A program made the position numbers and the translations under genes. Under the pieces are notes generated by a model. The model saw nothing but the letters and a program-made list of their open reading frames with translations. It had not been told where the DNA came from and did not search any database. A stretch of 64,000 bases of DNA from Octopus bimaculoides (Eukaryota), in contig NC_068985.1 in the NCBI RefSeq assembly GCF_001194135.2, positions 41,853,931 to 41,917,930 on the forward strand, given 5' to 3'. This document shows positions 14,043 through 28,187 of this stretch, piece by piece. The first letter of the stretch is position 1; each line of letters opens with the position of its first letter.

Positions 14043-14590
14043 NNNNNNNNNNNNNNNNNNNNNNNNNNNNNNNNNNNNNNNNNNNNNNNNNNNNNNNNNN
14101 NNNNNNNNNNNNNNNNNNNNNNNNNNNNNNNNNNNNNNNNNNNNNNNNNNNNNNNNNNNNNNNNNNNNNNNNNNNNNNNNNNNNNNNNNNNNNNNNNNNN
14201 NNNNNNNNNNNNNNNNNNNNNNNNNNNNNNNNNNNNNNNNNNNNNNNNNNNNNNNNNNNNNNNNNNNNNNNNNNNNNNNNNNNNNNNNNNNNNNNNNNNN
14301 NNNNNNNNNNNNNNNNNNNNNNNNNNNNNNNNNNNNNNNNNNNNNNNNNNNNNNNNNNNTATATATATATATATATATATGAAACTATATATAAATGCTT
14401 CATGCAAATTGTACTATACTCTGTATGTGCTGTGGCACTAGTAACTTAGTTATTGTCTAAAACTCTAAGAAAACAGATGAGGTTAACATTGTGTTATTAA
14501 TGACATATCATTTATGCTTGGTAGGGTGAGAGTAGTGGAGAAAACTCAATTGTCTTTCTTCACAAAATTGATATTTCTATTTTTCTCCAG

Positions 14591-14764
14591 GTTCAAACCC
14601 CTGATAGAGATTTCACCAGCATTCCACTGGATGGCGATGCTAACAATGTCTCGAAGAAGAAAGCACCCAAACGAGTTCTTCATTTTAGTGATGGCATCTT
14701 GGAGGAATATTCCACAGATGAAGAGGAACAACCAGAGGTGAAAACCCAAACGACTCTAGATCCT
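14591..14764 (+). CDS. FAM177A1: FAM177-family protein, coding exon (VQTPDRDF...KKKAPKRVLHFSDGILEEYSTDEEE...TLDP)
   Basis: Acceptor ttttctccag, donor gtaagt, 58 codons in phase 0/0. The motif K-x-P-K-R-V-L-H-F-S-D-G-x-L-E-E-Y-S-T-D-E-E matches the FAM177 N-terminal signature recalled from human (KKVPRRVIHFVSGETMEEYSTDEDE). Confidence 0.92.
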
Positions 14765-15815
14765 GTAAGTTTCTCCTTACATTAGCATTTTGGTTTGGTT
14801 GTCTGTATTTTGGTGTGAGTGTGCAAGATATTACACTGCTGTAGTTCCAATTATTTGCATGTGGTTTGTTGAGTTTCTAGGCATTTTGAAGAGTTAGGAA
14901 ATGGCTCTAGTCTGGAAATGCCTTAAAAGGTCACAGACGTTATTTTTTCACTTCTTCAACTTAACACTGAGAGAGTGAGAGAGGAAATGTCAGCTGGTGT
15001 GATGGACAAATAGGGATTGGTGAGAGAGATAGTGTGAGGAAGAGGGAAAGGTGACAAGTGATAGGGAAAACAGGAGCAACTTGTTAGAACAAGGAACACT
15101 GGCAGATTTGAAAAATGTTGGTGTATGGAGAGAGGAAAACCACATTACTAACTTACAACACATAATTGTGTGTGTGTGTGTGTGTGTGTACACACACATG
15201 CACACACACACATACACATATGTTACACTGCTGGTTTACAGTGTGTGTGTGTGTATATACATACACACATACACATTCACACATATATAAAATACTGGTG
15301 GATCATTCCAATAAAAACAACAGCCCAATGGAAGTACAACAGACCAGATATTGTTGTATATGACAAGGAGCAAAAGTTATGCTCTGTTGTAGAGATCAAC
15401 TGCATGATGTATGTAAATGTCTCATCAGTTTGCTTCTTGCTGGGAAATACATGCTACCAAGTTTTCTGTGAAAAGTTGCCTATTTTACTACCCAAGGCTG
15501 TCGCATTCTCTTACCTACATAAACTGGAACTAAACTTTAGAGACATGGCTACTTGTAATTCATAAAACAAGTTTTTTTTTTTTTTTTTTTTTCAACTATT
15601 TAATGCCATGGAAACATGGCAATAATGCTATACAACATAAGTTATAAATTCTTTTGAATAACTTTGTAAGAGGAGGAGGGGAAGCATGAACCAGGCAACA
15701 AGTTAAGTTTCCCCTCTAAGAACAGGAACAAAACTCCTAATGAGGTTTAATCCCAGGTCAACTCTGATATAGCAGATCTTTGATCAAAGGCTTTCCAGCC
15801 ATGAACCTTTTGCCA

Positions 15816-16083
15816 GTGCCCCTGGACTGGCTCTTGTGCGGGTGGCACAGAAAATACACCATTTTGAGCGTGGCTGTTGCCAGTACCGCCTGACTGGCCT
15901 TCGTACTGGTGGCACATAAAAGCACCCACTACACTCTCAGAGTGATTGGCGTTAGGAAGGGCATCCAGCTGTAGAAACTCTGCCAAATCAGATTGGAGCC
16001 TGGTGTCGCCTCCTGGTCCACCAGTCCTCAGTCAAATCGTCCAACCCATGCTAGCATGGAAAGTGGACGTTAAACAACGATGA
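15816..16083 (+). mobile_element. RTE-tail non-autonomous repeat (family C), nested in an older repeat (about 15745-16180)
   Basis: Ends ...ccaacccatgctagcatggaaagtggacgttaaacaacgatg. Near-identical copies at 30310-30525, 36895-37405 and 50839-51205. Confidence 0.8.
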
Positions 16084-19000
16084 GGATTAGGACTATATTA
16101 CTCAATGTGTCTTTCTTTTTGTAAGACAGTAAAGTGTGATTTTTTGCTATTTCTAATAGGGTGAGTAAGCATGTAATTAAAAACAGCTTGTAATATTTGG
16201 TTTTGTTCCTTTATGTTTCAAGCCCTGAATTCCCACTCAAGTTGCCTTTTGCTTTTCATCCTTCCAAGGTTGCTAAAATAATTAACAGTTCACTAGGTTT
16301 GGTGTTGGTATACTTGACTGTATCTTTGAAGCTGGTACTTCAGCATGGCAATAGTCCAGTAACCTAGCCCACATGCTTACTACACAATGTGCTCTGTTAA
16401 AGACATAGTTGTCAGACAGTTGTGTTAAGCTGATCAATAGGTTAAGTTTTCTCACCAAGAGATACTAGTAGTTGCACACTGTAAAGTGGTTGACATCAAG
16501 GTTATCAGCTGTAGAAATCTTGCCAAACAGACATTGAAGCACGACACAGTCCTTGGGTCCATTGGATCCTGCTGAGCCATCTAACCTATGCCAGCATGAA
16601 ATATGGACATTAAATGATGATGATCCTCCTCCTCCAATCTGTGATTTAAAAATTGAGAAGGGAAAGAGAAAAAAATCTCTCTAATAGTATGAAAATGTAA
16701 AATTCTACATAAAATTAATCCCACCCATGTTAGTATCAAGAAACATGTAGGAAGTAGTGAATGCTAAAGCCTTAAAAATTATCGTATCCTATTATTTCTG
16801 ACATTTTACATGCAGGAAAATGAAATATTGATGGGAGGGAGATGTAATTTGTTTACTCTGTAAACTAACTCATTTTTAGTGTTGTGGCTATCTACTTCTC
16901 TTTCTTCTTAGCGTTTATCTGTGAAGCCAGGGTTGAATGTGTTGTTAATTGAACAAACTGAGGCAAAGCAGAGTTATGACTCTTTCCAAAGAGACAAAAT
17001 GTGTCAAGGGCCAGCACCCCATATGTTCAGACTGAAACTGTTGCAGCTTCTTAACTCTTACACACACCATGAATTCTTGAGGGTGGATGTGTGTGTGTGT
17101 GTGTGTGTAAAAGTCTATTGCTACAAAATTATGCTACAAGTCGCTTAATATAATTTTAAAAAATCAATTTCTGTTGTAGCGCCGTGTAAATGTGGTAAGT
17201 ATTGAACCAGCACTGCTTCTGTTGGGATGACTTCCATAGAGGACCTTCTTAGAATTAGTTTCTTCCTCTTTTTTTCTTTTCTAGCATATTCTCATCTTCT
17301 TCATGGATACTGTAACAAGTAATAACAGCACTAACTTTTCTCTGAATTCATTTGTACTACAGCAACTTCATATGTGCTTTATGCACATATACCTCTATTG
17401 ATTATGTGCTTTATATATGTATGTATATATATATTTCATATATATATATGTATGTCTGATTTATGTATCATTATAATTTGCTTTGTGTGCATTTGTGTAT
17501 ATGTATTTATATAGCTTTGTATAGACATATGTATGTGCACATGTATATTATTTTTTGTAATGTGTATGTGTATACATGCATAAATGCTTATATATTTATA
17601 CATAAGTACACACATGCACACACATACTGTGTTTCAAGAAAATAACCCCAAATCTTGGAATGTGTCTGATAACTAAGTTTAAAAGTTGGTTGTTGATAAT
17701 AATACCTAACCATCTGAATTTAATTCAGAATTTAACATTATTTGGCAGAACAGTTCTCCAAAATAAAATAAATATGTGTGAGAAAATATTTTGACAAAGT
17801 AACTGCCCAAAACATTACGCTTATTCCATTTTGTAAATTCCACTGCTCTGTTAATTGTCACTGTAGATAACCAATAGTTTCATCAGATCCTTTATATTTT
17901 TTTTACATTGCTCTCCCTTGGACTCTATCTTTTGATTTTATGTTTATATATTATATATAGAGTAATAAAAATATGTATAGTTGTTAAGTTATCAAGACTA
18001 ACAGTTTGTACAAACGTTGGTTCTAGGGCTTATTATGTAACTGCCTGATATTACACTAACACTGCTACATTCATACTGCTACATTCACATACCAATTAGC
18101 TGTCTGCTTTCTCTTTTAAAATATTGTGGAGTGCTCTTTTCAAGTTTCTTGCTGGTCATCTTTTTGCCTGTCTAGTCTTGCTCTACCTAACTTTTGTCTT
18201 CTCATCTCATCTTATCTCTCTCTTTTTCTCTTTCAACTTTTTTGTTTTTTAATCTTTTAGAAATAAATATTTGTCTTCATTGACTGCAGGGTTTGAGTTC
18301 AAATGTTGCTACAATAGAACACAGCAAGGTTACCTGTTTTTTTTGTAATGTAAATAATGGTACCACTTCCACGTTATATTTAGTTAGTGGTTATCAAGGG
18401 ATGCATTTGGTTGGGAAAGAAATGCCTCAGCTTTAAATGTCTGTACTTCTATAAATAATGTGATTTTTTTCAATTGCATGAATTAAAAGTCTGGACGGGA
18501 TAAACTACCTGCATCAACTTGCTATAAAAGCAGGTAGTAATTTTACCTTGTACTTATTCATTAGTGCAAATTTTGAAGAGTGCAGTTCGATTTTAACAGA
18601 TATTTTTTCAAAGCTATAATGGAAGTGACAAAGGAGCAAATTCGGTATATTTTGCTTTATGAGCTCAATAAAGGCAACAATGCAATGGAAAATGTGAGGA
18701 ATATTAATACAGTATATGGGGATTGGACAATAAGCCAGTGTCAACAGTGGTTCCAGAAATTCTGAGCCAGAAACTACAGCCTAGAACATCTGTAGAGCTT
18801 GACAAGGACATCCTGCAAACCTTGGTGGAACAAAAATCCCATTGTAACTGTTGAGGAACTAGCAGAGAAGCTTGGATTTGGTTGTTCAATCATTCATCGA
18901 CACCAGCATGGCATTAGAAAAGTCAGCAAATTGGGTCTGTGGGTTCCTCACAAACTTTCCAAGTTTAATCATACACAGAGAGTGAATGTGTGCTCTTCTT

Positions 19001-19637
19001 TGCTGTCACGTCTCACAAATGAACCTTTTTTTTTTAACTGAATAGTGACTGGTGATGAGAAATGTGTTCTCTATAGAAATGTCAAGCGCTGAAGACAGTG
19101 AGTAGGAAAAGGAGAAACACCAGCACCCCAGGCTAAAGAAGGTCTTCACCCACATAAGGAGTTGTTATCTGTTTGGTGGGATATGAAGGGTTTAGTCTAC
19201 TTTGAACTTTTAAACCCAAACCAAACTATAACAAAGGAAATCTACTGTGAGCAGCTGGAGTGGCTTAAGTCAATGCTAGTAGAAAAACGACCATCTTTGG
19301 TTTCAAGATAAAAGGTGTACTTCCATCAGGATAATGTTCAGCCACATATAGCGAGGATGACATTCGAAAGGCTGGAGCAGTTTGAATGGGAAACGATGCC
19401 CCACCCACCATATTCTTTGGACATTGACCCATCTGATTATCATTTATTCTGCAGTCTTCAAAATTATTTGGATGGAGAAAATATGAATTCTTTAGACGAA
19501 GTCAGAATAGTACTGGTGGAGTATTTTATGTCACAGACAAGTGAATTTTGGGAGAGGGGCCTTGCAAGTCGACCAGATAGATGGAAGAGCATTGTAGAAA
19601 ATGAAGGATAGTATATTTTAGATCAAAAAAGAACATT

Positions 19638-20336
19638 ATTTACATTTGATGGATATTTGTCCTCATCTTGTTTGTGGTAGGTTGTACAAAGGCGAAACAT
19701 GCCGCCCCCTCAAAATAAGGGTAGACGAACATCACAAAGTTGTGACACGAGGAGATATTGATAAATCGGGTATAGCTGATCATGTATGGATAAATGGAGA
19801 CCACCTCCCTCTGTGGGGTGAAGTTAAAATAATAGAGAGAGAACAACACTGGTAAATAGGAAAACTAAAAGAAGCAGCACATATACTAGGATGCAACAAC
19901 CTCCTAAGCAGACCAAGTGCAGATATGAGTAGCATATGGGAACTGGTATTAAGGAAGGATAGGAAAATATTAGATTTATAAGCCCTAAAATTCACTCCAT
20001 AATTGCCCACAGGAATATGGCATAGTGGTTAAGAGCGCGGGCTACTAACCCCAAGATTCTGAGTTCAATTCCAGGCAGTGACCTGAATTATGATAATAAT
20101 ATTGAAAAATGCCTTAGGAATGAGAACCCAGGTTCAAAATTTCCCCAAGACACCTAATGAAGGCTGGAGGGTATATCAGCCGAAACGTTAGGTGTTAACA
20201 ANNNNNNNNNNCCTAATGAAGGCTGGAGGGTATATCAGCCGAAACGTTAGGTGTTAACAACAAACAAAATGAAGACAAATATCCATCAAATGTAAATAAT
20301 GTACATAATTCGTCATATCTTAAATATAGAACTGTA
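19638..20336 (+). mobile_element. Penelope-like element 3' fragment: GIY-YIG endonuclease relic plus pLTR with a degenerate hammerhead
   Basis: YKGETCRPLKIRVDEH...SGIADHVW...W.EVKIIERE...EAAHI. Its 5' end is an inverted copy of the 3' end (atttacatttgatggatatttgtc). An aaaaaagaac duplication flanks it. Confidence 0.85.
20009..20090 (+). mobile_element. Short tRNA-like SINE/cassette (second copy at 29527-29608 on the - strand)
   Basis: A-box tggcatagtggttaag, anticodon-like hairpin gggctactaaccc, B-box gagttcaattcc, (AAT)n tail. The acceptor stem is poor, so it is not called a tRNA gene. Confidence 0.7.
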
Positions 20337-23300
20337 TTAAAAAAGAACTTTGTTTATCTTAATTTTGAAAAATAAAAGAAGTATAAAAAAACTACATTAT
20401 TCATGGGATGACCCAATATCTTCCAACTCCTATTTTTAATTTGTTTGGCTTATTTCTTGTAAACAAACCTAGTTATCCATTGACTCAGCCAGCCTTACTG
20501 ATAAACAAGTATTACTTCTGTGCAAAACAGGTTCTACTTTCACTTCACAGATGAGTGGTTAACAGTAAGGGCAATTGAGATATCAATCTCAGGAATAATT
20601 CAAATTGAAATTCAAGAACAAAACATTATAGATATTGGCAATCATCATCACCATCATTTTAACATCCATTTTCCATGCTTGCATGGATAGAATGGAGTCT
20701 ATTGAATATAATGATTGGTGGTTTTTAAAATGTTTTATTGATCTAAAGTTCTATAATCTTAGTTGAAGCCCTGCCACATAAAACAATGTTGTATATGTCT
20801 CTAGACATGGCATCTTACTCCATATCTTGTGGTCTGATATAGCCAGAAATTTGGTACATTGTGTGCTAACATGAAATGTTGTGAGAGAGACAAGCATTTG
20901 GGTGGTAAAAACCTCATGCTGTAACAGTTCTTACAAGAGTCTGAAATTACAGAACCATCCAACCCACTTTTAACATAGTTCCTCTAGTTAGTGTTCAGAA
21001 AGCAGCATGTTACATAAATCCAGTTTCGCAGGAATCTCTTCTTGCATCTCATCTTTCTATTCTTTTATTCTTTTATTCTTTTATTCTTTTATTCTTTTAC
21101 TTGTTTCAGTCATATGACTGTGGCCATGCTGGAGCATTGCCTTTAGTCGAACAAAGCAACCCTAGGACTTATTCTATCAGTCTTTTGCTGAACTGCTAAG
21201 TTACGGGGATGTAAACATATTGTCAAACGACGATGGTGGTGGTGGTGGTGGTGGTTGGGGAGACAAACACAGAAACATAAATATATACATATATATGTTA
21301 TATATGACAGGCTTTTTCCAGTTTCCATTTACCAAATCCATTCACAAGACTTTGGTTGGCTCGAAGTTATAGTAGAAGACACTTACCCAAGGTGCCACAC
21401 AGTGGGACTGAACCCAGACCCAAGTGGTTGGGAAGCAAGCTTCTTACCACACAGCAATGCCTTAATTTCTTTTTCTTTATCTCTTCTTCTTGAAACTGAT
21501 TAAATTCAGCCATAGTAAAAGAGTTTTATTCTTTCAAACCAGACTATGCTCTTACTTCTTGGTGCATTACTTTTCTATGGTTGTAGAAAAATCTTTCAGC
21601 AAATCATTCTCGCAATTGGTTTTTTCTTAATATCATCATTTCATCATTTTTAACATGAATATATTAATATCATTTAACAGGATTTGTATAATGAATGTTG
21701 TTTAGTTGTTTTCTAAGTTTAAAAGCCTTATATCTTTGCATCAAGGGATAACCTATTGACTCTTTACCTGTTTGTGCATCTTGGAATCATTGCTATTGTC
21801 TATGTATCTCAGCGTTTTCATAATTTCTACATGTAGAAAATAATTTTTTTGTTGATATAATCCATTCAGAAACAAAATTATAAGTGTAATTATGATTATT
21901 TATTTGAAATAATTGATTGCAAAAGACTTTAGGTAGTCTTCAAAAGAAAAAATAATGAAATGTTTCAGAAATTATTAGCTTTTAAGAGTTTAGCAATTAT
22001 TTGTGAAGAATAGTTTTTATAATGTAAAACATTTGTTGATCTATAAATACATGCATTTAATTAACATCGAAAACCCAACTATTTGTACCTTTTTAAGCAA
22101 TATTCACATGGTACACACCTAATCACCAATTTTATAGCACAAAATCAGGGGAGTTTGTTTCAGCTTCCTTTAGTGTTCTTTAAAACAACATTCAAACATA
22201 TGTTACCCAACTTTAAATATCAACACTAAAAAAAGATTTTAAAAATTTTCTTGTAAATCATATTACAAAATAAGTTTTACTGCACTTTGTTTCTATAATT
22301 TGTGCAAATACTGAAATTTGCAAGCCTATCCAACCTATCACATTTGTCATAAAGTAGAAGGTAAGCTCACAGTAACTGATGTTTGTAAAACAGTTTTGAT
22401 TCTTGGATTGTAACTACTTTATTTCACTTCCATTCTACATTGAAAGCACAACACTGTCAAAACTCCCATTTCTTTGTGTTCTAAGACCTATTGATTTCCT
22501 GCCTGTCAGGTGAAGACAATAAGATATCATTCCAGTATGTTTTTGCCAGAATACTATGCTCAGATGGTCAGAAGCTATGTTTTGAAACACATGTATTTTA
22601 AAGAAGAATGAAGTCTTTGCCAGAATAGACAGTTTGGATATAAAATATCAAAATCATTTTCAGTTTTATCTCCCTAATAACTAGCACAAGATCTGAAAGA
22701 GATATTTGTTGGTATTTTCCCGAAGAGGATTGTCATAATTAAAGAAATACCTGTCCTCATTGAAAGCAATAGTGTATGATAAGATTAGCAAGGCTTGCTT
22801 AACCTTTTCATGACCATATTTCTATTGAAATACATATGTCAATGTATTTCAATTAATTTTGAAAAATAATCAAGAATTTGGGTTAGATTTAATAAAAAAC
22901 AGCTAATTTTTTTCATTAACCGGTTGTTAAGGTTGGTTTACATAAGATTATGATGGAAAATTTGTATTCAAATATAAACATTTATAAACAGGCAGTTTTG
23001 TTTCATAGAAAGAAGTGGTTCAAGGTGGACTGATATAAAAGAGTTTACATAAGAGCCACATATAAAATTTAGTTATTTGAAATCCACAAGTCATAAATGT
23101 CATAATAAACATTGAACTTGTATTCCAATGCAGTGGACTCTAGTGAATAATTACAAAACTTGAAGCATTTTTTAATTTTCATTTTATTTATATTGAAATG
23201 CAAAAAATAGGTTAGCTACAATAAATTTAGAAGTGACAAATAACATGTCACTCATATGTGGCTCAAAGAACACAGTTTGATCACCTTGGGTATTTGGACT

Positions 23301-24588
23301 GGTGAAGCATTAACTGGAAATATTAAAATCTTCCTATTGTTCTAAAAGCTATAATTCTAAAGGCCAGGTTTTTCAGGTAAGATACTTTTATATTTGATTA
23401 ATAAATGCTAATTTGTACCATGATGGAGCTCATCTAGGAAGGAGGAAGACCGAACAAAACTCTTCTCTATTCATATTTGAAATAATTGAACTTAAACATT
23501 TGATTAATTTTATAGGTTAAAATGAATTAAAGTAATAAATAAAAGTTCTTGTTTTCCCTTTGACTAAATCAAACAGATCATTATCTCACTTGCTGGCAAA
23601 TTGAATATCTGTCATCTTCCTGCAAAAGTTTAGAGATAAAGGGATTAAAAAATAAAGCATATTACTATCTTTATTTTTTGCTTGGTTGTGTTTTGGCTGA
23701 TTTCTATTCATTTTGAGATAGTACCATCTCATCTGTGAGGTTTGATATCTTTAAACCTGATTTCATCATTTCTTTTGGTGTTGTCCATGCTCTTCTACTG
23801 TTGCTGATAGTTTCTACTGTCAGTACATGCCACTTTTTCATTCACCATTTGACATGAAAACAATGGTTCTACTATTATTTTACCTGCTAACTGATAGAAG
23901 GTTAACTCAAGAAGAAAACAGCTTAGCTATGGTAAATAATATTAACATTTCCTACCTCATCATCATTTCTGCCCTTATAAAAATCCAAGTGAGGCTCCCA
24001 TTCTGCAGTGATCCAGAATTGAATAATGACTCGGTTAGATAAGCAACCCAAGATGAAATGGCTTTTAGTAATGAACTTCAAGTAACGACTAGCACCTTTG
24101 ATGTACCAGAAACCTATAATCTCTCATTACCAGTCACTCCTTTTTGTATATTGATGTTAAAAATGTCACAATACCTTTATCTCCAAATTACCCTGTAACA
24201 AATTTGATTGTGTGGACACTTTAGTTTTGATTTCATTTCAAACCACACCTAAAAAAAATTGATGCTTAAATTACGCAAATTTATGAAGCAACACAGATGC
24301 ATTTATTAAATGTACTTTCCTACATGTAACCTTAATACAATGTAAATTTGTTTTGGAAGTTTAACATTGAGAATGTGATTTATTATTTTAATCTTATTTG
24401 TGCTTTAGTTTTGCTGAATACATAAAATTAAAGTAGAATTTATGCTCAAAAAATGTTTCTTACTTGTTTAAAAATCCTGATTTGATTTAATGAAGATGGT
24501 TAGTATTACAATGTATTGGTAATAATCTGATTTGTTCAACTGACAAACTAACAAGAAGAATAATTAATATCATTCTTCATATGACAGC

Positions 24589-24816
24589 TTAACCTTTTAG
24601 CATTCACACCAGCTGTATCCGGCTAAAATATTCTCCCAGTTTTATACTCAAACTGGCCAAATCTAGCCTCTTACACCAATCCTACAATATCATTCTAAAA
24701 TTTAATAATTACCTCATCAAAGTCTCGAAGCTACAAGATAAGGCATAATTAATTCAAAACAATGTGAATAAATAAGAATTGCTTTTGAGAGAGTAATCTG
24801 AATGCAAAAGGGTTAA
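24589..24816. mobile_element. piggyBac-like MITE (partial second copy at about 55680-55768)
   Basis: TTAA at both ends; termini ttaaccttttagcatt and aatgcaaaagggttaa. Confidence 0.7.
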
Positions 24817-26881
24817 AGTATCTAACTAGAGAAATAGAATGGCAAGTCTTTTAGTTAGCATCTGACAGAAATAGTCTGCACATTCAATACAATGCCATTC
24901 AATTTAATTATAATAATTTGTTTAATTTAAAGTGTATTGGATCTTGGGAATATTTAAAATACTGAATTATAATGAAACACCTAGTCATTCATAAAAGTTG
25001 AAGACAGTGTAGTTGTGTGGCTATAGAACTTGTACAGAATCATTAAATTGGAATTGATAGTAGCTGCCAGGGTGGTATGTTTGTTACACTATGTAGGCTT
25101 CACAGTGAGACACAGTCCACACAACTGTAAATAGGTGCCAATGTGTGATGTAGTTCACTGCTCTATGTTGGTACCACAGTGAAATGTAGTCCACACAACT
25201 TGTAGGTTAGTTCACTGCAAAGTAGTAACAGCACTGTAAAATAGACTAGTAATTTGTTGACTTGTAGCGCTGAGATCAAATTCTTCTGTGGTAAACCTGC
25301 ATTCTTTTGGCAAGTAGGGGCATCTGTTACCCTCTAACACACTTTGTAAACTGGAAATAAAACATCAGGCCTATGAATACCTACTGATTTGATAAAGAAA
25401 CATGTGTAGCTTAACTTTCTTTATTACAGTTGTTGTTGTTGTTTATTTCCCTCCACCCCCACCCCATCTGGTCAACTCTAATTGTGCAGATATGCAATCA
25501 TAGGCATTCCAGCTATGACTATCCAGTTCTTTTTTTTTTTTTAAGTTGGTGTTTGAGGGAGATTTGACTGTCACTTCTGACTATTTAGGCAGTCATAAGC
25601 TCCTCTCTTGTCACAGTTGCTACTGTGTGGCTGTGGAATTGGCAGTAATTTGAGTTCTTTGAATTCCATTCCGCTCCCTCTCCAATATTCTGTGCTCATC
25701 CTATCACTTTGTAGTGTGTGTATTGTGAGGGAGGGAGGGAAGGAGGGATTGTACTTGTGAAAGACAATTTTTGTTACACCCCATGTATACCACACTGCTA
25801 AAGCATCTGATTATATAGTGAATACCCAGCCACATTTCTCAGCAATGATAATGTGGTTGACATACATATATATGTCAAAGAAAATGTCATCTTGAGAAGA
25901 AGCAGGCAGCAGGAGTGAAGTAGTGAAAATAGTGGCAATGATCATTTCATGATAGTTTTGGTGATGATATTATATTCTGATGTTAGAAGAAGGGTTTGTT
26001 GTGTTTAGCCCCAGGTCAGCCCTAACTTATGATCAGAAGTGTTAAAACAAAGACAGGATCACCTTTCTTTCATCTCCAACCACCACATTTGTTTAAGTTA
26101 TAATGTATTCGGGACTAAATACTCCTGGATGTGTGGCTCCTTCCTTTTTAAAATGAAAGTAGATGATTTGAAAGAGACCTGGTTGCTATTTTTAACAAGT
26201 GAATGTCCATGTAGAGAAATCTAGTTTTGGATTTGGTGATGATGGTTAAGATTAATGATAGCAAAGTTAGCAGAACTGGTTGAGTAGAACAGCATCAGAT
26301 AAATCTTAGGTACTTGGCTTTCTTAGTGTTCTGAACTCAAACCTGTTCTGGTTGGAGATGGAGGTAGATTTAGCCTTTTATCCTTCCAGTGACTGAAATA
26401 AATGACAGTAATATACTGCAGTCTGTTCTTTCTCTTTTACTGTGCCAAATCTACATATGTTAGCATTCATAGATCTTCATGACCTTGTTTGAAAATACAA
26501 GATTATTCTAGGGAGCAATAACATGGTTTCCTGTTGTCTTTTGCTAGTTTATTTACTGCTTATTCTACTTGTCTGCTGATGATCTGAGCTTATCCTTGAG
26601 ATACAGGGCTTATGTAACCTTTAGGCAAGGGGACATCAGAGTATACCCACACACTCGTTGGCCTATATGAAAATTGTCTAGGAGACCAGCCCTTCTCTGA
26701 ATCCTGAATCTTTTGAATCCCTTAACCAGAGAACTATGGAATATTGAGTTATCCTTTAGTCGCTACTACTCCCAGGTCTGCCAGCTACTGAATTAAAATT
26801 ATATTCTCCTGCCCTACAAGGATTATTGTGTGTAACAGCCTTGAGCACACAGTTCCTTCCTCTAGACTAAACCATTTAAAA

Positions 26882-27190
26882 CACTGGTTCTCAACCATAT
26901 TTTACTTATGGATCCCTTTGATTGTGAATCTGTTCTTGTGGACCCCCTTAGCCATTCATTGTTTAAAAACAAGTTTTATAGATACTTCTTTCAAAATTTC
27001 ATTTTTTTTTCACACATTCACTTGTGTAGTTTGAACTATGTATAATGTTAGAGAAAAAAACCTAGCCTTTTTCTCACAATAAATGCATCTAAAGCATGGA
27101 GCCCTTAGATACCACTGTGGATCCCCAGTTTATTATTTTGCTTGTGTGGACCCTTAAAAATCTTATATGAACCCCGGTTGAGAACCACTG
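26882..27190 (+). mobile_element. hAT-type MITE
   Basis: TIRs cactggttctcaacc and ggttgagaaccactg with a perfect 8-bp TSD ATTTAAAA. Confidence 0.88.
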
Positions 27191-27578
27191 ATTTAAAAGT
27201 GGCAGTGGGAAGTTAATTGTAGTCTGTGGGGATATTGTGGGAAAATATATAGAAAGATGTTTGTGGGATAATTATACTTGCATATAATTTGTACATATTT
27301 AATGTTTGTATGTATTTATAATATATAATCATATAATTGTTATTATAACTTGTTTCAAGCTACTAAAAAGACCCTCTTTGGGCTTTATTCCACAGCAAGA
27401 CTAAAATACAAATGGCTATGAATCTGTATTTATCAATTTATAACCCTATACAATATTGATACTTTAATAATTATGCTTATATATGTCATTCATACATGTC
27501 TGTTTAAATGTAAAATGTGTTCATATATTACTCTGTATATATCTATGTATATATAATGATCTGAATTTGCTGTTACAG

Positions 27579-27645
27579 AGTACACTTAGTTGGCTGCCAT
27601 GGATTTGGTACTATATGGTACTTGTCTCTGCCAAAACCTTTAATG
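27579..27645 (+). CDS. FAM177A1: FAM177-family coding exon (STLSWLPWIWYYMVLVSAKTFN + G)
   Basis: Acceptor gctgttacag, donor gtttgt, phase 0/1. Aligns to the recalled human segment TKLTWGPYLWFYMLRAATSTLS. Confidence 0.9.
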
Positions 27646-28187
27646 GTTTGTATTGCTTTCATTTCCTTACTGTTTCTGAGACCTAGAATGAGAGAATGGT
27701 TGAGTTTGGGTGGTAGAGTATGCATGTTGTTGCTCTTGTAACTATTCTCGTTTGAGTACAAAATACAGCTAATCATCACTTGTAGACAAGTATGACTTGG
27801 TAGCACATACCATCCTCTTGTCCCCACCTCCCTTAACCTTGAACCTGTAGAATCTCCAGGATGTGAAAGGAGAGAGGCCTGTACCAGCATTTATTACGGT
27901 TGAATAGAGTGGAACAACACAAAATGAAATACCTTATTCAAGGACATAATGCATTACACAGTCCAGGAATTGAACCTATAGCCTTATAATCATGATCCAA
28001 ATAACTTAACCACTAGACCACCTACATTCATTCGTTTGAATAATCTTTGATCATTTGGCTGCTATTACTAATAGTTCCACTGTTCAGGCAGAGGCTCATT
28101 GATTTGTTTGAGGCTACACAATTTGTAAGAGCAGGTATTGATACCATGCCAGTATATTACTTCAATTCTCTTGTGATACATTTAGAC

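Larger units (their letters stand above)
18450..20420 (+). mobile_element. Degenerate mariner (DD34D) element interrupted by a Penelope-like fragment
   Basis: WVPH.L, IVTGDEK, HQDNVQPH and HPPYSLDIDPSDYHLF motifs. The right TIR-like end is cattattcatgggatgacccaata. Confidence 0.85.

Noticed and set aside
14008-14407. Long ORFs made of X and YI/CV/HT runs (also at 45.4-46.2, 50.3-51.1, 51.7-52.1 and 60.0-60.9 kb)
   Set aside because: They are open only because of N-gaps and (TA)n/(CA)n microsatellites.
20009-20090. Possible tRNA gene with an ACT anticodon
   Set aside because: There is no convincing acceptor stem, it is repeated with an (AAT)n tail, and it lies inside mobile elements. It is treated as SINE-like.
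20151-20260. Apparent hammerhead dimer across a 10-N gap
   Set aside because: An identical ~49-bp duplication on either side of a 10-N gap, as at 57.1 and 58.8 kb, is probably a contig-overlap artefact. The core is also mutated.
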